From NCBI GenBank assembly GCA_963726455.1, contig CAVSCK010000005.1:384001-448000 (forward strand): a stretch of DNA of 64,000 nucleotides, in the 5' to 3' direction. The DNA comes from an uncultured bacterium. GTDB lineage: Bacteria; Zixibacteria; MSB-5A5; CAIYYT01. Within the stretch, counting starts at the first letter, position 1, and the number at the start of each line of letters is the position of its first letter. The position numbers and the translations under genes are program-made. The notes below the pieces were generated by a model. That model was not told where the DNA came from, did no database searches, and saw nothing but the letters and a program-made list of their open reading frames with translations. Positions 40,144-53,119 of the stretch are shown one piece after another.

Positions 40144-43100
40144 ATGCGTCTTCGATCTTTGCTAACGCTTATATTGTTACTGCGTTTGGCCGCCGGCGCC
40201 AATGCTGAGCGGGTAGTTCTGAACGGAAACGCCGACGATGTCAGCGTGCAGGTTCAGGAATCCAACGCCATGCGAACCGTAATTCGGTTCGAAGTCAACG
40301 CCTTCGATCGAAACGCGTTGAACGTCAACGGGGGAATCTACTATTCGATTACTTGCGGCAAAGAGGCGCTATTCCTCAATGCCGGAGAACCGGCACTGCC
40401 GCATGTTAACCGCAGTATCGTTATTCCCAATGACGCGCAGATGGCGGTCAGGGTGATATCGTCCGAATACCGCGATTTTGAGGCGACGCCCGTGGAACCG
40501 TCGAAAGGCAACCTGCTGCGCACGGTCGATCCCAAAGACGTGCCCTACACCTTTGGAAACGTCTATACTTCCGCAAATCCATATCCGTCCGAGCAGGCCA
40601 CCGGCGGTGATCCATATATTATGAGAGACTATCGCGCGATGGTAGTCGAGGCCAATCCTTTCCAATACCTGCCCGACACCAAGACACTGAGAGTCTATAC
40701 CTCACTGGTAGTCGAGGTCACGAATGTCGGCGTGAGCAATGTCAACGTGCTGACCCGTAACCGGACTGAACATGGGCTGGTACCGGAATTCGAACAAATC
40801 TATCAGCGCCGTTTCATTAACTACGATTACCAGACCGACCGCTATGTGCCACTGCAGGAAAGCGGCGACATGCTGATCATCACCTATGATGCCTTCGCAG
40901 GTACGATGCAGCCCTTTGTGGACTGGAAACGTCAAAAAGGCATCAAGACCCGCATGGTCAACGTGTCGACGATCGGCAATACCTCAACCGCAATCAAAGC
41001 GTTCGTGCAGGCCTATTTCGACACGACCGATCTGGCCTGGCTATTATTGGTCGGCGACAACGTTCAAATTGCCACTCCGTTCGCTTCCGGAGGCGCCTCC
41101 GATCCGTCGTATGCCAAACTTGTCGGCAGCGACAATTATCCTGACATCTTCGTGGGACGTTTCTCCGCAGAGACAGCCCCACAGGCGCAAACTCAGGTTC
41201 AGCGCACGATCACGTATGAACAAGGTCCACCGACAGGTGATTGGCTCAATAAGGGAATGGGTGTGGCCTCGGATCAGGGACCGGGACATGCGGGTGGTGA
41301 GTACGACTACCAGCACATGAATAATATCCGTACCGATCTGCTGGCTCACGGTTACACGACAGTAGATCAAGTATACGATCCGGGTGCTAATGCCACAATG
41401 GTGGCGACTGGAGTCAATTCGGGACGAAGTTTCATTAACTATACCGGCCACGGTGCGACGACTAGTTGGACAACTTCCGGTTTCTCGAACAGCAACGTTG
41501 CTTCTCTTACCAATGTCAACAAGCTGCCTTTCATTATCAGCGTTGCTTGCGTCAATGGTGAGTTCGACGGACTGACCTGTTTTGCTGAGGCCTGGCTGCG
41601 CGCCACCAGCGGCGGCAATCCGACCGGCGCATTGGCCTGCTACATGTCCTCGATCAACCAGTCATGGAATCCGCCAATGGACGCGCAGGATGAGGCGACG
41701 GACCTGCTGATAAACAACTTAATGAATACCTTTGGCGGCATCTGCTTCAATAGCTCGTCGAAGATGATCGACCTGAACGGGGCCGGTGGCGTGGAAATGT
41801 ACGACACCTGGCACATCTTTGGTGATCCGTCAGTCCAATTGCGTACTCAGCCGCCGACGCCGATGACGATTGATCACGCTCCAGCGATCTTCTTCGCGTC
41901 GCCGTCCTACCAATTGTCGATACCGGGCGTTCCGAAAGCGTTGTGCGCTTTGTATACGAACGGCGTGCTCTACGGCGCCGCTTATACCGATGCGCAGGGA
42001 AATGCAACCATCAATATCAGTCCGATGTTGCCGGTGGGAGGCCAGATATTCCTCACCGTCACGGCTTATAACAAGGTCACTTTCATTGACACACTGGACA
42101 TAACCGCCGATCTGGCGATCTTGCACACGCCACTTTCTGACACCAAGAACGCCATCACTCCATACAGGGTGGATGCCACGATATACTCCAGCGCCCCGCT
42201 GAAAGCGGAATCACTGCTGGTCTATTATCAAGTGGGCAGCACCTGGTATCAGGACACTCTGGAAACAACGACGCCGGAGAATCATTTTGTCGGTTACATC
42301 CCGCCGCAAGCGGCCGGTTCGACTATCAATTATTACCTGTTCGGCGCCAATACCGCCGGCAAGGCCGACACCACGGATGTTTACACGTTCCACGTGATTG
42401 ACTACGCTCTGGTGCTTGATCCCCTCGCTGCACATGAGACAGCTCCGGTAAATGACACGGTATGGTATTCGCTCAATGTAAAGAACGACGGTGCACTGAC
42501 TGACAGCTATGATCTTGCGACTCTGAGTTCCAGTTGGAACACGTCCATCTGGGATTCGGGTATCACGTCGGTAATCAGTTCGATTGGACCGTTGATCTCA
42601 GGACTGGAAAGCAATTTCAAGGTTCGAGTCATTGTACCGCAAGTGCCCAACGGCGCCTCGGATATTGCCCAGATCAAAGTGACTTCACAGGGCAAGCCGA
42701 CCGTTTCGGCTCAGGCAACCTTGCAGACCTTCTCTGCCGGTCAACCGCTCGCCATACCGTTCACGGACGAATTCGCGAGCACGACCGTCGATACGGTGAA
42801 ATGGGAGAAGATAGCCGGTGTGACCGTCGATACGCGCTCGATCGGTGCGCCGTCAGCGCCGTATGCGCTTAATCTCAACGGATCACCGAGCGGCGCCGAC
42901 ACGCTGGAATCCGACCAGATCAATCTCCGCAATTACTCCGGCGTGCTGGTAACCTATTATTACGAGAAGAAGGGCAGTGGCAGTGCTCCCGGACCCGGCA
43001 ACGATTTGTTTGTCGAGTATCTCAACAACGTCGGTACCTGGCGACTGCTGCGGCAACATCTCGGCTCCGAAGCCGACATGACGGCCTTCACGAGAGTTCA

Positions 43101-44514
43101 GGCGGGCATTCCGCCTGACGGATACCATGCCGGTTTCAAAATCCGCTTCCGCAATACGGCTGATGTCGGCAATTACGACGACTGGTTCGTGGATAATATT
43201 CGCATCGACTACGGTCCGGAAATAGTCGTAAACCCGCCGACATTTCATGTCACGACGGTAATCGACGACTCGTTGATCACTCCGTTGAGGATCGACAATA
43301 CCGGTCTGGGCCAACTGGATTACACTTTGATGGTGCTTCCCGATTTCTCGAAATCCTCGGGCCTCTTCGGGCGCTTGCTGTCAGAGGGACACGTTCAGCC
43401 GGCGACTACTCCTCTGGGCTCCGAATGGCAGGATTTCGTCGAGACCAAGGGTGCTGCGACAACTCTGCGTGGCCCTGATGTGATATACAACGCCGGCGGT
43501 CCCGATGCGTTCGGCTACACCTGGATTGATTCTGACGAACCGGGTGGACCGACGTTTGGCTGGATTGACATTGAAGCGACCGGCACGAGTGTCGGCTCGG
43601 CTCTGGTGGACGACAACTTTATCGGACCGTATGATATTGGTTTTGGCTTCCCCTATTACGATTCGATGTATACGAAATTCTACATCACCGGCAACGGAAC
43701 CATCGGACTAGGGCCGACCGATTCCTACGGTTCGTTCTCCAACGGATCGCTGCCGAGCACCAGCGCGCCCAACAACATGATTTATTGGTGCTGGGATGAC
43801 CTCAACATCCTCAATCCCAGCAACCCGGGTGGCAAAGTGTTGTATCAAATCGTCGGCGGGAATTTGGTGATACAATTCGAAAAGTATCCCCGGATCAGCG
43901 CCCCTGCGGGCGGCACGATCACGGCAGAAGTGATTCTTTCGCCGAACGGCAACATTCTGGTGCAATACGAGACCCTCGGGGCGTCCTTCGACTCCCAGAG
44001 CAACACGGTGGGAATTGAAAATAAGAACGGCACAATGGGACTGCAAGTGGCGTTGAATACCGCGTATCTCCACAACGGCCTGGCAATTCAATTCACCAAG
44101 CCCGCTCAGTGGCTGTACCTGGCGAGCACCTACGGCTCAGTACTGCCGGGTGAATACAACAGCATCGACATGAAGTTCAGTGCCGTCGGCCTGGACACCG
44201 GTCTTTACAAATCTTTCCTAACGATATTTAGCAATGACCCGGATTCAGCGCACAATCCCAAGACGCTTTCGGTGCAAATGACGGTGACTCCGCCGGCCCC
44301 GCCGTACACCATTGGTGATGCCAGCGGCGACGGCCTAGTCGATATCAGCGACGCGGTATACCTAATCGCTTATATCTTCAGCGGCGGTCCGGCTCCGAAT
44401 CCCCCGGCTGCCGGAGATGCAAGTTGCGATACGCAGGTGGACATCTCTGACGCGGTTTACCTGATCGCATACATTTTCTCGGGAGGTCCAGCGCCGGGAG
44501 TGGGATGTAAGTAA
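40144..44514 (+). CDS. Gingipain-like C25 cysteine peptidase with propeptide, accessory Ig/beta-sandwich domains and C-terminal dockerin-like domain
   Basis: Signal peptide; propeptide GEPALP..PSKG; catalytic domain LLVGD, VGRFSA, NYTGHG (His), SVAC (Cys), IFGDPS; GGPDAFGYTWIDSD module; paired dockerin repeats. Confidence 0.9.
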   Translation: MRLRSLLTLILLLRLAAGANAERVVLNGNADDVSVQVQESNAMRTVIRFEVNAFDRNALNVNGGIYYSITCGKEALFLNAGEPALPHVNRSIVIPNDAQMAVRVISSEYRDFEATPVEPSKGNLLRTVDPKDVPYTFGNVYTSANPYPSEQATGGDPYIMRDYRAMVVEANPFQYLPDTKTLRVYTSLVVEVTNVGVSNVNVLTRNRTEHGLVPEFEQIYQRRFINYDYQTDRYVPLQESGDMLIITYDAFAGTMQPFVDWKRQKGIKTRMVNVSTIGNTSTAIKAFVQAYFDTTDLAWLLLVGDNVQIATPFASGGASDPSYAKLVGSDNYPDIFVGRFSAETAPQAQTQVQRTITYEQGPPTGDWLNKGMGVASDQGPGHAGGEYDYQHMNNIRTDLLAHGYTTVDQVYDPGANATMVATGVNSGRSFINYTGHGATTSWTTSGFSNSNVASLTNVNKLPFIISVACVNGEFDGLTCFAEAWLRATSGGNPTGALACYMSSINQSWNPPMDAQDEATDLLINNLMNTFGGICFNSSSKMIDLNGAGGVEMYDTWHIFGDPSVQLRTQPPTPMTIDHAPAIFFASPSYQLSIPGVPKALCALYTNGVLYGAAYTDAQGNATINISPMLPVGGQIFLTVTAYNKVTFIDTLDITADLAILHTPLSDTKNAITPYRVDATIYSSAPLKAESLLVYYQVGSTWYQDTLETTTPENHFVGYIPPQAAGSTINYYLFGANTAGKADTTDVYTFHVIDYALVLDPLAAHETAPVNDTVWYSLNVKNDGALTDSYDLATLSSSWNTSIWDSGITSVISSIGPLISGLESNFKVRVIVPQVPNGASDIAQIKVTSQGKPTVSAQATLQTFSAGQPLAIPFTDEFASTTVDTVKWEKIAGVTVDTRSIGAPSAPYALNLNGSPSGADTLESDQINLRNYSGVLVTYYYEKKGSGSAPGPGNDLFVEYLNNVGTWRLLRQHLGSEADMTAFTRVQAGIPPDGYHAGFKIRFRNTADVGNYDDWFVDNIRIDYGPEIVVNPPTFHVTTVIDDSLITPLRIDNTGLGQLDYTLMVLPDFSKSSGLFGRLLSEGHVQPATTPLGSEWQDFVETKGAATTLRGPDVIYNAGGPDAFGYTWIDSDEPGGPTFGWIDIEATGTSVGSALVDDNFIGPYDIGFGFPYYDSMYTKFYITGNGTIGLGPTDSYGSFSNGSLPSTSAPNNMIYWCWDDLNILNPSNPGGKVLYQIVGGNLVIQFEKYPRISAPAGGTITAEVILSPNGNILVQYETLGASFDSQSNTVGIENKNGTMGLQVALNTAYLHNGLAIQFTKPAQWLYLASTYGSVLPGEYNSIDMKFSAVGLDTGLYKSFLTIFSNDPDSAHNPKTLSVQMTVTPPAPPYTIGDASGDGLVDISDAVYLIAYIFSGGPAPNPPAAGDASCDTQVDISDAVYLIAYIFSGGPAPGVGCK

Positions 44515-44570
44515 ATGCGAGTATGGCCGTCGCGCTACAACGACGGCGTATCAAAGGAGTGCGATTCAAC

Positions 44571-44605
44571 CGGGGTAGCCAGCAATGGCTGCCCCGTGTT
44601 ATTTT
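44571..44605 (+). terminator. Rho-independent terminator
   Basis: CGGGGTAGCCA-GCAA-TGGCTGCCCCG followed by TGTTATTTT. Confidence 0.7.
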
Positions 44606-44686
44606 ACCGGCATAATACGTATAGAGCCGACAACGTGATACACGACGCCGAGGACGTCAGAAAGACAGTGATGTGAGGTCTGTCGG

Positions 44687-45379
44687 TTAGATTGTGTGGA
44701 ACAGGCGATCCCACTGGATGCGGCTCGGGAAATGCGTCGAATTGTAGATCAGCGAAGCAAACAGATCGAAAATGTAGGGCGACTCAATCGTGGGAGCGCC
44801 TGGATCCGGCGCCCAACTGAAGTAGATAAATACCGCCTTGCCCTTGATGTAGCTGCGATCAAGAAATCCCCAAAAACGTGAATCCTGGCTGTCGTCGCGA
44901 TTGTCACCAAGAACGAAATACTGGTTCGCAGGCACTTGCATTGGCCCGAAAAAGTCACGCTGGGAATATATTTCAGGTAATTCCTGTGAATCCTTGTGGA
45001 ACACGCCACCCGCATCGGCGACCAACTGGCTGTCGACATACAATTGCTTGTTGCGAATCTCGACTGTCTGACCGGGCAACGCTATGATACGCTTAATATA
45101 GTCTTTCGTGGTATTCATCGGAAATTCGAATACGATGATGTCATTGATTTGCGGTTCCGCGAAACGGTAGCAGAACTTGTTGACGAAAACGAAGTCGCCT
45201 TCCTTCAGGGTGCTTTCCATTGACCCCGAGGAGACACGATATGCCTGCACCACGAACATGCGCAGGATTACGGCAATAACGATGGCGACAAGAATCGCCT
45301 CGACATATTCCTTGACCTTGCGCTCGTGTTTACGCCGCGCTAGACGCGCCGCACCAATCGTCGTTACACTTGTTGGCAT
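44687..45379 (-). CDS. lepB: Signal peptidase I
   Basis: SGSMESTL, DYIKRII, GDNRDDSQDSRFWG. Confidence 0.95.
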   Translation of the reverse strand: MPTSVTTIGAARLARRKHERKVKEYVEAILVAIVIAVILRMFVVQAYRVSSGSMESTLKEGDFVFVNKFCYRFAEPQINDIIVFEFPMNTTKDYIKRIIALPGQTVEIRNKQLYVDSQLVADAGGVFHKDSQELPEIYSQRDFFGPMQVPANQYFVLGDNRDDSQDSRFWGFLDRSYIKGKAVFIYFSWAPDPGAPTIESPYIFDLFASLIYNSTHFPSRIQWDRLFHTI

Positions 45380-45562
45380 CTGCTAAGAATATTATCGGCT
45401 GGTCACCCCGATTTAATTACCGCTTTTCAGCTAAGCTATTGTGTGACAGAATGAAACAGTGCCGGAAAAGCCCGAAAATGCCATGTCCCTTGGCGGATCT
45501 TGCGCTGCCGAGCCATCTAATCGACTAAGCAGAACAACGTGGGAGACTGTTTGGTAGTCGGT

Positions 45563-46069
45563 CTACTTGTGCGTCAGGAAGTAGTTGAGCATTTCAATAT
45601 TGCCCGGATTCTTACCGTTTCTTCGGATGGCGGCAATTATCTGTGCACGCGTGTGTGTGCCGTGGTTGGCGACGTGGAAGATCATTTTCCAGAGCGGCAA
45701 GGATGCAGAGAAACCGTTGGGAAGGGTGAACGACCAATCTTCCAGCAGACGTTGTTCTGAAATATTGTCTACGAGATCTCGCGCCTGCTTGTCGACCGAT
45801 CGCCATCTTTCCCGCGCCAGGGCGATCGTAGCCGTGTCTTCCGGTTTGACTTTTACGGAAATCGATTGCTGCACCGTCATGCTGCCGTCGAACCAGCAAA
45901 ACCATCCCCACTGAGTAGTGAGGAAATGCCCCAGCGTGTCGCGGATCGAGCCATGTCCGCTGCAACCGGGCGCATTGTATTCATCCGGCGAAAGCTGCTC
46001 CAGCGATTGCAGCAATTGCTCGGTGGCCCAGGTGTTGTACTGATAGAATAACCGTATCAGATCTCGCAT
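45563..46069 (-). CDS. DinB family protein
   Basis: YNTWAT, SIRDTLGH, HVANHGTHTRAQ. Confidence 0.9.
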   Translation of the reverse strand: MRDLIRLFYQYNTWATEQLLQSLEQLSPDEYNAPGCSGHGSIRDTLGHFLTTQWGWFCWFDGSMTVQQSISVKVKPEDTATIALARERWRSVDKQARDLVDNISEQRLLEDWSFTLPNGFSASLPLWKMIFHVANHGTHTRAQIIAAIRRNGKNPGNIEMLNYFLTHK

Positions 46070-46128
46070 GCCTTTCCTCCCTTGGAATGCGCCGGATATA
46101 TTCGGGACGAGTCCAGGTGGCCTGATGC

Positions 46129-46716
46129 CTATTGGAGTTGTTTTTCCACCTGCGCTACCAGATCAGCATTCATCGGGTCAATTTCCGAAGGGTAACGCGC
46201 TACCAGGCGGCCCTGCTTATCGAGCAGGAACTTGCTGAAATTCCATTTGATCGGACCCGGCAGACCCGATTGTTCGGTTAGATAAGCAAACAATGGATGT
46301 ATATCCTTGCCGGTGACACTGATCTTGGACATCATCGGAAACGTGACACTGTACGTTGATGTGCAAAATTGCTTGATTTCCTGGTCGGTTCCCGGTTCCT
46401 GACCGCCGAAGTTATTGGCTGGAAATCCGATGATGACAAAGCCGCGATCTTTGTACTTCTCGTAAAGTTGTTCCAGACCTTTGTATTGCGGCGTGAATCC
46501 GCATTTGCTTGCCACGTTAACAACCAGCACCACGTCTCCCTTATAGGCACTGAGGTTGGTTTCCTTGCCGTCGATTGTCTTGAATGGAATCTGCAGATGA
46601 TCGACCACGACGGACGGGTCGCTCTTCTTCGCCGATTCACTGGGGGCACCGGTCGCACCAAATACCATGGCCGTTCCCAGAGCCAGTGTTGTCAGTAATA
46701 TCCATGGTGATTGCAT
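46129..46716 (-). CDS. Glutathione peroxidase family protein (Cys type), with signal peptide
   Basis: VNVASKCGFTPQY, GFPANNFGGQEPG, IKWNFSKFL. Confidence 0.94.
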   Translation of the reverse strand: MQSPWILLTTLALGTAMVFGATGAPSESAKKSDPSVVVDHLQIPFKTIDGKETNLSAYKGDVVLVVNVASKCGFTPQYKGLEQLYEKYKDRGFVIIGFPANNFGGQEPGTDQEIKQFCTSTYSVTFPMMSKISVTGKDIHPLFAYLTEQSGLPGPIKWNFSKFLLDKQGRLVARYPSEIDPMNADLVAQVEKQLQ

Positions 46717-46926
46717 CGCGTGTATCCTCCTGATTGTTATCTGCTACGCTGTTCTACGGATCGAGAAGTGCGGTAGATGGAAGAGTTTGTGCCGCCGCAG
46801 GTCTGTTCGAGCGACTAGGGAGGGATGGCGGGATTGGCCAAAAGCGATTGCGTCGGATATACTAACGGATATCTTCGGCAAGGTAGGAATTTCCAGGTCG
46901 GACAACCATGGAATGAAACGGCAGGT

Positions 46927-48027
46927 ATGTACTTAACTTCGCTCAAGCTCACTAACTTCCGGAATATCGGCGAGCTGCAAATCGCTCCGAATCCGAACCT
47001 GAATTTGATAGTTGGGCCAAACGGCGCCGGCAAAACATCGGTGCTGGAGGCAATCTTCTACGGTTGCACGGCACGGTCGTTTCGCGGCGCAGGCGATGAC
47101 ATTCTCTTGCGTCAGGGGAGCGATGTCTGCCGCATCGAAATGGAAGGTTTGATCGGCGACAACCGCATATTAATTGAGATCGCCTGGGGCAGTGCGCACA
47201 AGCGGCAGATCAAGGTGGACGGCGTCAAGATGTCGCGCGTGGCCGACCTGTTCGAATACTTCCATGCCGTCAGCTTTATTCCGGAAGACACTGAGTTGAT
47301 CTTTGGTTCGCCTGCGGTTCGGCGCCGCATGCTCGACCTGTATCTTGCACAGGCCGACCGCAGTTATTTGTCAGACCTGCTCGAATACAACCGCATAATT
47401 GCCCAACGAAACGCGCTATTGAAGGAATTCACCATCGACGAGGAAGCGGCATCGCCACTCGAATTGCTCGAAGTCTGGGATGGCCAGCTTGCCGGCGTCG
47501 GCGCGAAGATTCTGGCCAAACGTCAGTCGATGATTGCGGAGACGTCCGAGAGGATCGCGTACTACTATCGCGCAGTGGAATCAGGTAATAGCATTCTGCG
47601 ATGGTCATATCAATCAACCGTCGGTGATTCCGACGCTACCAGAGAGGCATTTCTGGAGAAGTTGACGCAATCTCGCAGACGCGATTTCTATCTCGGATCA
47701 ACAACCGTCGGTCCGCACCGTGACGACCTCGAGATTGTGTTGAACGATATGGCGACACGCGACTTTGCCAGCCAGGGAGAAGCCAAGTCAATAACGCTGG
47801 CGATCAAGTTTGCCATCTTCGACTATCTGTCCGAGCGTTTGCACGAGCCGCCGATCTTACTTCTGGACGAACTGTCCTCCGATCTGGACTATACGCGACT
47901 GGGTGCCCTGACCGCGCTCCTGCCCAAGCTGGGACAGGTTTTCCTGACAACCACTAAACCGGCGGAGTTGCTGCAAGGCGCATCAATACAGGGTGAAATC
48001 AAAATCGTCGACGGAAAGCTCGCGTAG
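46927..48027 (+). CDS. recF: DNA replication/repair protein RecF
   Basis: NFRN, GPNGAGKTSVLEAI, RSFR, GPHRDD, SQGE, LLLDE. Confidence 0.95.
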   Translation: MYLTSLKLTNFRNIGELQIAPNPNLNLIVGPNGAGKTSVLEAIFYGCTARSFRGAGDDILLRQGSDVCRIEMEGLIGDNRILIEIAWGSAHKRQIKVDGVKMSRVADLFEYFHAVSFIPEDTELIFGSPAVRRRMLDLYLAQADRSYLSDLLEYNRIIAQRNALLKEFTIDEEAASPLELLEVWDGQLAGVGAKILAKRQSMIAETSERIAYYYRAVESGNSILRWSYQSTVGDSDATREAFLEKLTQSRRRDFYLGSTTVGPHRDDLEIVLNDMATRDFASQGEAKSITLAIKFAIFDYLSERLHEPPILLLDELSSDLDYTRLGALTALLPKLGQVFLTTTKPAELLQGASIQGEIKIVDGKLA

Positions 48028-48190
48028 AATAAAACTTATACCGCTCTAACATAGAGTGTTACTCACGTATTTATAACATATTGTACAATATAACGTTAGA
48101 GACCGAAAAAACACCAAAAAGCGTGAGTTTTTAGTTGCCGAAAAGGTTTGTTTAATCGTATATTGTGAACAAGCCGGATGAGGAATTAGA

Positions 48191-48478
48191 GTGCGTCGCG
48201 CAGAGAAAATTCAGGGCATAATTGGTCGCACTTTAGAGCAACTTGGCCTCACCGAGCGAATGAAGGAAGCCGATGTCGTTCGGCGATTTAGCGAAATTGT
48301 GGGCGACAAAATTGCGGCCCGGGCAGAGGCCGTTAGTATAAATCAGGGCCGGCTGGTGGTCAGTGTTTCATCCCCGGTCTGGCGTCAGGAGTTGAATTAC
48401 TCCAAACAGGAAATCATTGACACGCTGAACAAGGCGTTGGGCAATGATGTGGTTAAGGATATTTATTTTTCAGCATAA
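48191..48478 (+). CDS. DUF721/DciA family protein
   Basis: 95 aa between recF and gyrB; IVG..IA..LVVSVSSPVWRQEL..IIDTLN. Confidence 0.85.
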   Translation: MRRAEKIQGIIGRTLEQLGLTERMKEADVVRRFSEIVGDKIAARAEAVSINQGRLVVSVSSPVWRQELNYSKQEIIDTLNKALGNDVVKDIYFSA

Positions 48479-48487
48479 GGTGACTTG

Positions 48488-50441
<1,954 letters not shown>

Positions 50442-50447
50442 ATTTGT

Positions 50448-50478
50448 CGCGGCGCACGAGGACGTACGCCGGGCACAA
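50448..50478 (-). repeat. REP-like palindrome (copy of 7207-7237)
   Basis: CGCGGCGCACG-AGGA-CGTACGCCGGG-CACAA. Confidence 0.75.
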
Positions 50479-50516
50479 TGTTGATCGGGCCGAATGCGAG
50501 CGCGGGTAAGTCGAAA

Positions 50517-50539
50517 ACCCACCGCAAGCGGTGGGGCAC
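50517..50539 (-). repeat. REP-like palindrome (copy of 17838-17860)
   Basis: ACCCACCGC-AA-GCGGTGGGGCAC. Confidence 0.65.
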
Positions 50540-50580
50540 CGGTGACAGCGATAAGAACAATGAGAGGATTGAGATAAAGC

Positions 50581-53115
50581 ATGTCCATTAGCAGAGAAAA
50601 TTTGGTTACGGTGTATCTCGAGGAGGAGATGAAGTCGTCTTACCTCGACTATTCGATGTCGGTCATTACCGCGCGCGCGTTGCCTGATGTGCGCGACGGC
50701 ATGAAACCCTCCAACCGGCGCATCCTGATCGCCATGAACGACCTGAATCTGTCGCCCGATCGGGCCCATCGTAAATGCGCCAAGATTTGCGGCGACACGT
50801 CGGGTAACTACCATCCGCACGGCGAACAGGTGGTATATCCCACGCTGGTGCGTATGGCGCAGGATTTCAATATGCGCTACCCGCTGGTCGATGGCCAGGG
50901 CAACTTCGGATCGGTCGACGGCGACGAAGCCGCGGCGATGCGTTATACGGAAGCGCGCCTGACGCCGATTGCGATGGAGATGCTGGCCGATCTCGAAAAA
51001 GACACCGTCGCATTTATGCCGAATTACGACGAAACGTTGCAGGAACCGCGCGTTCTGCCGAGCAAGTTCCCGAATCTCCTCTGCAATGGCTCCTCCGGTA
51101 TCGCCGTCGGTATGGCGACGAACATTCCGCCGCACAACCTGCGCGAAGTCGTCGATGCGCTGACGCTGATCATCGACAATCCCGAAACCAGTGAACTCGA
51201 ACTGTTGATGGCGGTATCGGGTCCCGATTTTCCGACCGGCGGCATAATCTATGGCCGCAAAGGAATCCGTGACGCCTATCTGACCGGTCGCGGCAAGTTG
51301 ATCGTGCGCGCCAAGGCCAATATCGAGCGGATGAAGAACGGCAAAGAGAACATCGTGATCTCGGAGATTCCGTACCAGGTCAACAAGTCGAATCTGATCC
51401 AGAACATCGCCGAACTGGTAAAGAACAAAGTAGTCGAAGACATTTCCGATCTGCGCGACGAATCCGACCGCGATGGCATGCGCATCGTGATCGAACTCAA
51501 GCGCGAAGTGCCGCCGCAAGTCGTGTTGAACCAACTGTTCAAGCACACGCAGATGCAGACGACGTTCGGCATCATTATGATCTCGCTGGTCGACGGCGCG
51601 CCACGAGTTATGCCATTGCGCGGGATGCTCGATGAATTCATCAAGCACCGCCATGAAGTTGTCGTTCGCCGCGCCAAATTCGAATTGAAGAAGGCCGAAG
51701 CGCGGGCGCATATCCTCGAAGGTCTTCGCATTGCGCTGGATAACATCGACGCCGTTATCACGCTGATTCGCAGTTCCAAAACCGTGCCGGAAGCCAAAGA
51801 GGGCTTGATGAAAAACTTCAAGCTATCGGAATTACAGGCGCAGGCGATTTTGGATATGCGGTTGCAGCGGCTGACCGGTCTCGAACGCCAGAAGATCGAG
51901 GACGAATACGCCGAACTGCTCAAGCAGATCGACTACCTCAAGAACGTGCTCGCCAGCAAAGAAATGCGGATGGCGATCATCAAGCAGGAGCTGGTCGAGC
52001 TGAAAGAGAAATATGGCGACGAGCGCCGCACCGAAATCGTCGACGAGACCGAAGAAATGACGATGGAAGATCTGATCGCCGAGGAAGACATGGTGATCAC
52101 GATCAGCCATCAGGGTTATATCAAGCGGCTGTCGACATCGGCCTACAGAAGGCAAAATCGCGGCGGCAAGGGCGTGATCGGAATCAACGTCAAGGACGAA
52201 GATTTCGTCGAGCACCTGTTTATCGCCTCGACGCATGATTATATCCTCTTCTTCACCACCAAGGGCAAGGCGTTCTGGATTAAGGTCCACGAAGTTCCGG
52301 TCGGCGGCAAATTGGCCAAGGGCAAACCGGTGGTCAATATGGTTGAGCTGCAAGAAGGCGAACTCGTGTGCGCATTCCTGCCGGTGCGCAATTTCGAGGA
52401 CGGCAAGTTCATCGTGATGGCGACCCGCAACGGCGTGATCAAGAAGACTGAGCTGTCGCAATTCTCGAATCCGCGCCGTGATGGTATCCGCGCCATCGGC
52501 ATTCCGGATGACGACTCGCTGATCGATGTGAATACTTCCGACGGCACCAACGATATTATTCTGGCCACGCATCTGGGCCAGGCGATCCGCTTCCCCGAGG
52601 ACAAAGTCCGCGCCATGGGACGCACGGCGTACGGCGTCAACGGCATCTCTCTTGAAGAAGGCGACTATGTCGTCAGCATGGTAGTGGTGAAACGCCAGAC
52701 GTCGCTGTTGTCGGTCACCGTAAAGGGCTTCGGCAAACGATCGGAAATTTCCGAGTATCGCGTCACCAACCGTGGCGGCAAGGGTGTGATCAACATGAAG
52801 ACCACCGACCGCGTCGGCAACGTGCTCGCGGTAAAGGAAGTGGTCGATCAGGACGGCCTGATGATCATCACCCAAAAAGGGATCGTGATCCGGCAGGATA
52901 TCAAGTCGATCAAGATCATCGGCCGCAACACGCAGGGTGTCAAACTGATCTCGCTCGATGAAGGCGACCAGGTCACCGACGTTGCCCGCATTGTCGGCGA
53001 AAACGGTAATGGTGAGGGTAATGGAAATGGCAACGGCAATGGTGATAATGGTGAGGGCGAAGAGCCGGAGGTTGAGGGGAATGGCGAAACAGTGCCGGAA
53101 GCTCCAGAGGCGTGA
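50581..53115 (+). CDS. gyrA: DNA gyrase subunit A
   Basis: [21 protein letters not shown], GyrA-box QNRGGKG, pinwheel blades, acidic GN-repeat tail. Confidence 0.97.
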   Translation: MSISRENLVTVYLEEEMKSSYLDYSMSVITARALPDVRDGMKPSNRRILIAMNDLNLSPDRAHRKCAKICGDTSGNYHPHGEQVVYPTLVRMAQDFNMRYPLVDGQGNFGSVDGDEAAAMRYTEARLTPIAMEMLADLEKDTVAFMPNYDETLQEPRVLPSKFPNLLCNGSSGIAVGMATNIPPHNLREVVDALTLIIDNPETSELELLMAVSGPDFPTGGIIYGRKGIRDAYLTGRGKLIVRAKANIERMKNGKENIVISEIPYQVNKSNLIQNIAELVKNKVVEDISDLRDESDRDGMRIVIELKREVPPQVVLNQLFKHTQMQTTFGIIMISLVDGAPRVMPLRGMLDEFIKHRHEVVVRRAKFELKKAEARAHILEGLRIALDNIDAVITLIRSSKTVPEAKEGLMKNFKLSELQAQAILDMRLQRLTGLERQKIEDEYAELLKQIDYLKNVLASKEMRMAIIKQELVELKEKYGDERRTEIVDETEEMTMEDLIAEEDMVITISHQGYIKRLSTSAYRRQNRGGKGVIGINVKDEDFVEHLFIASTHDYILFFTTKGKAFWIKVHEVPVGGKLAKGKPVVNMVELQEGELVCAFLPVRNFEDGKFIVMATRNGVIKKTELSQFSNPRRDGIRAIGIPDDDSLIDVNTSDGTNDIILATHLGQAIRFPEDKVRAMGRTAYGVNGISLEEGDYVVSMVVVKRQTSLLSVTVKGFGKRSEISEYRVTNRGGKGVINMKTTDRVGNVLAVKEVVDQDGLMIITQKGIVIRQDIKSIKIIGRNTQGVKLISLDEGDQVTDVARIVGENGNGEGNGNGNGNGDNGEGEEPEVEGNGETVPEAPEA

Positions 53116-53119
53116 TTTC

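Noticed and set aside
46129-46716. Selenocysteine glutathione peroxidase
   Set aside because: The active-site codon is Cys; there is no in-frame TGA.
48028-48190. oriC
   Set aside because: AT-rich, but only one imperfect DnaA-box-like 9-mer (TTGTTCACA on the minus strand) and no dnaA nearby.
53000-53090. Tandem GGTAAT-like repeat
   Set aside because: Encodes the low-complexity GN/acidic tail of GyrA.
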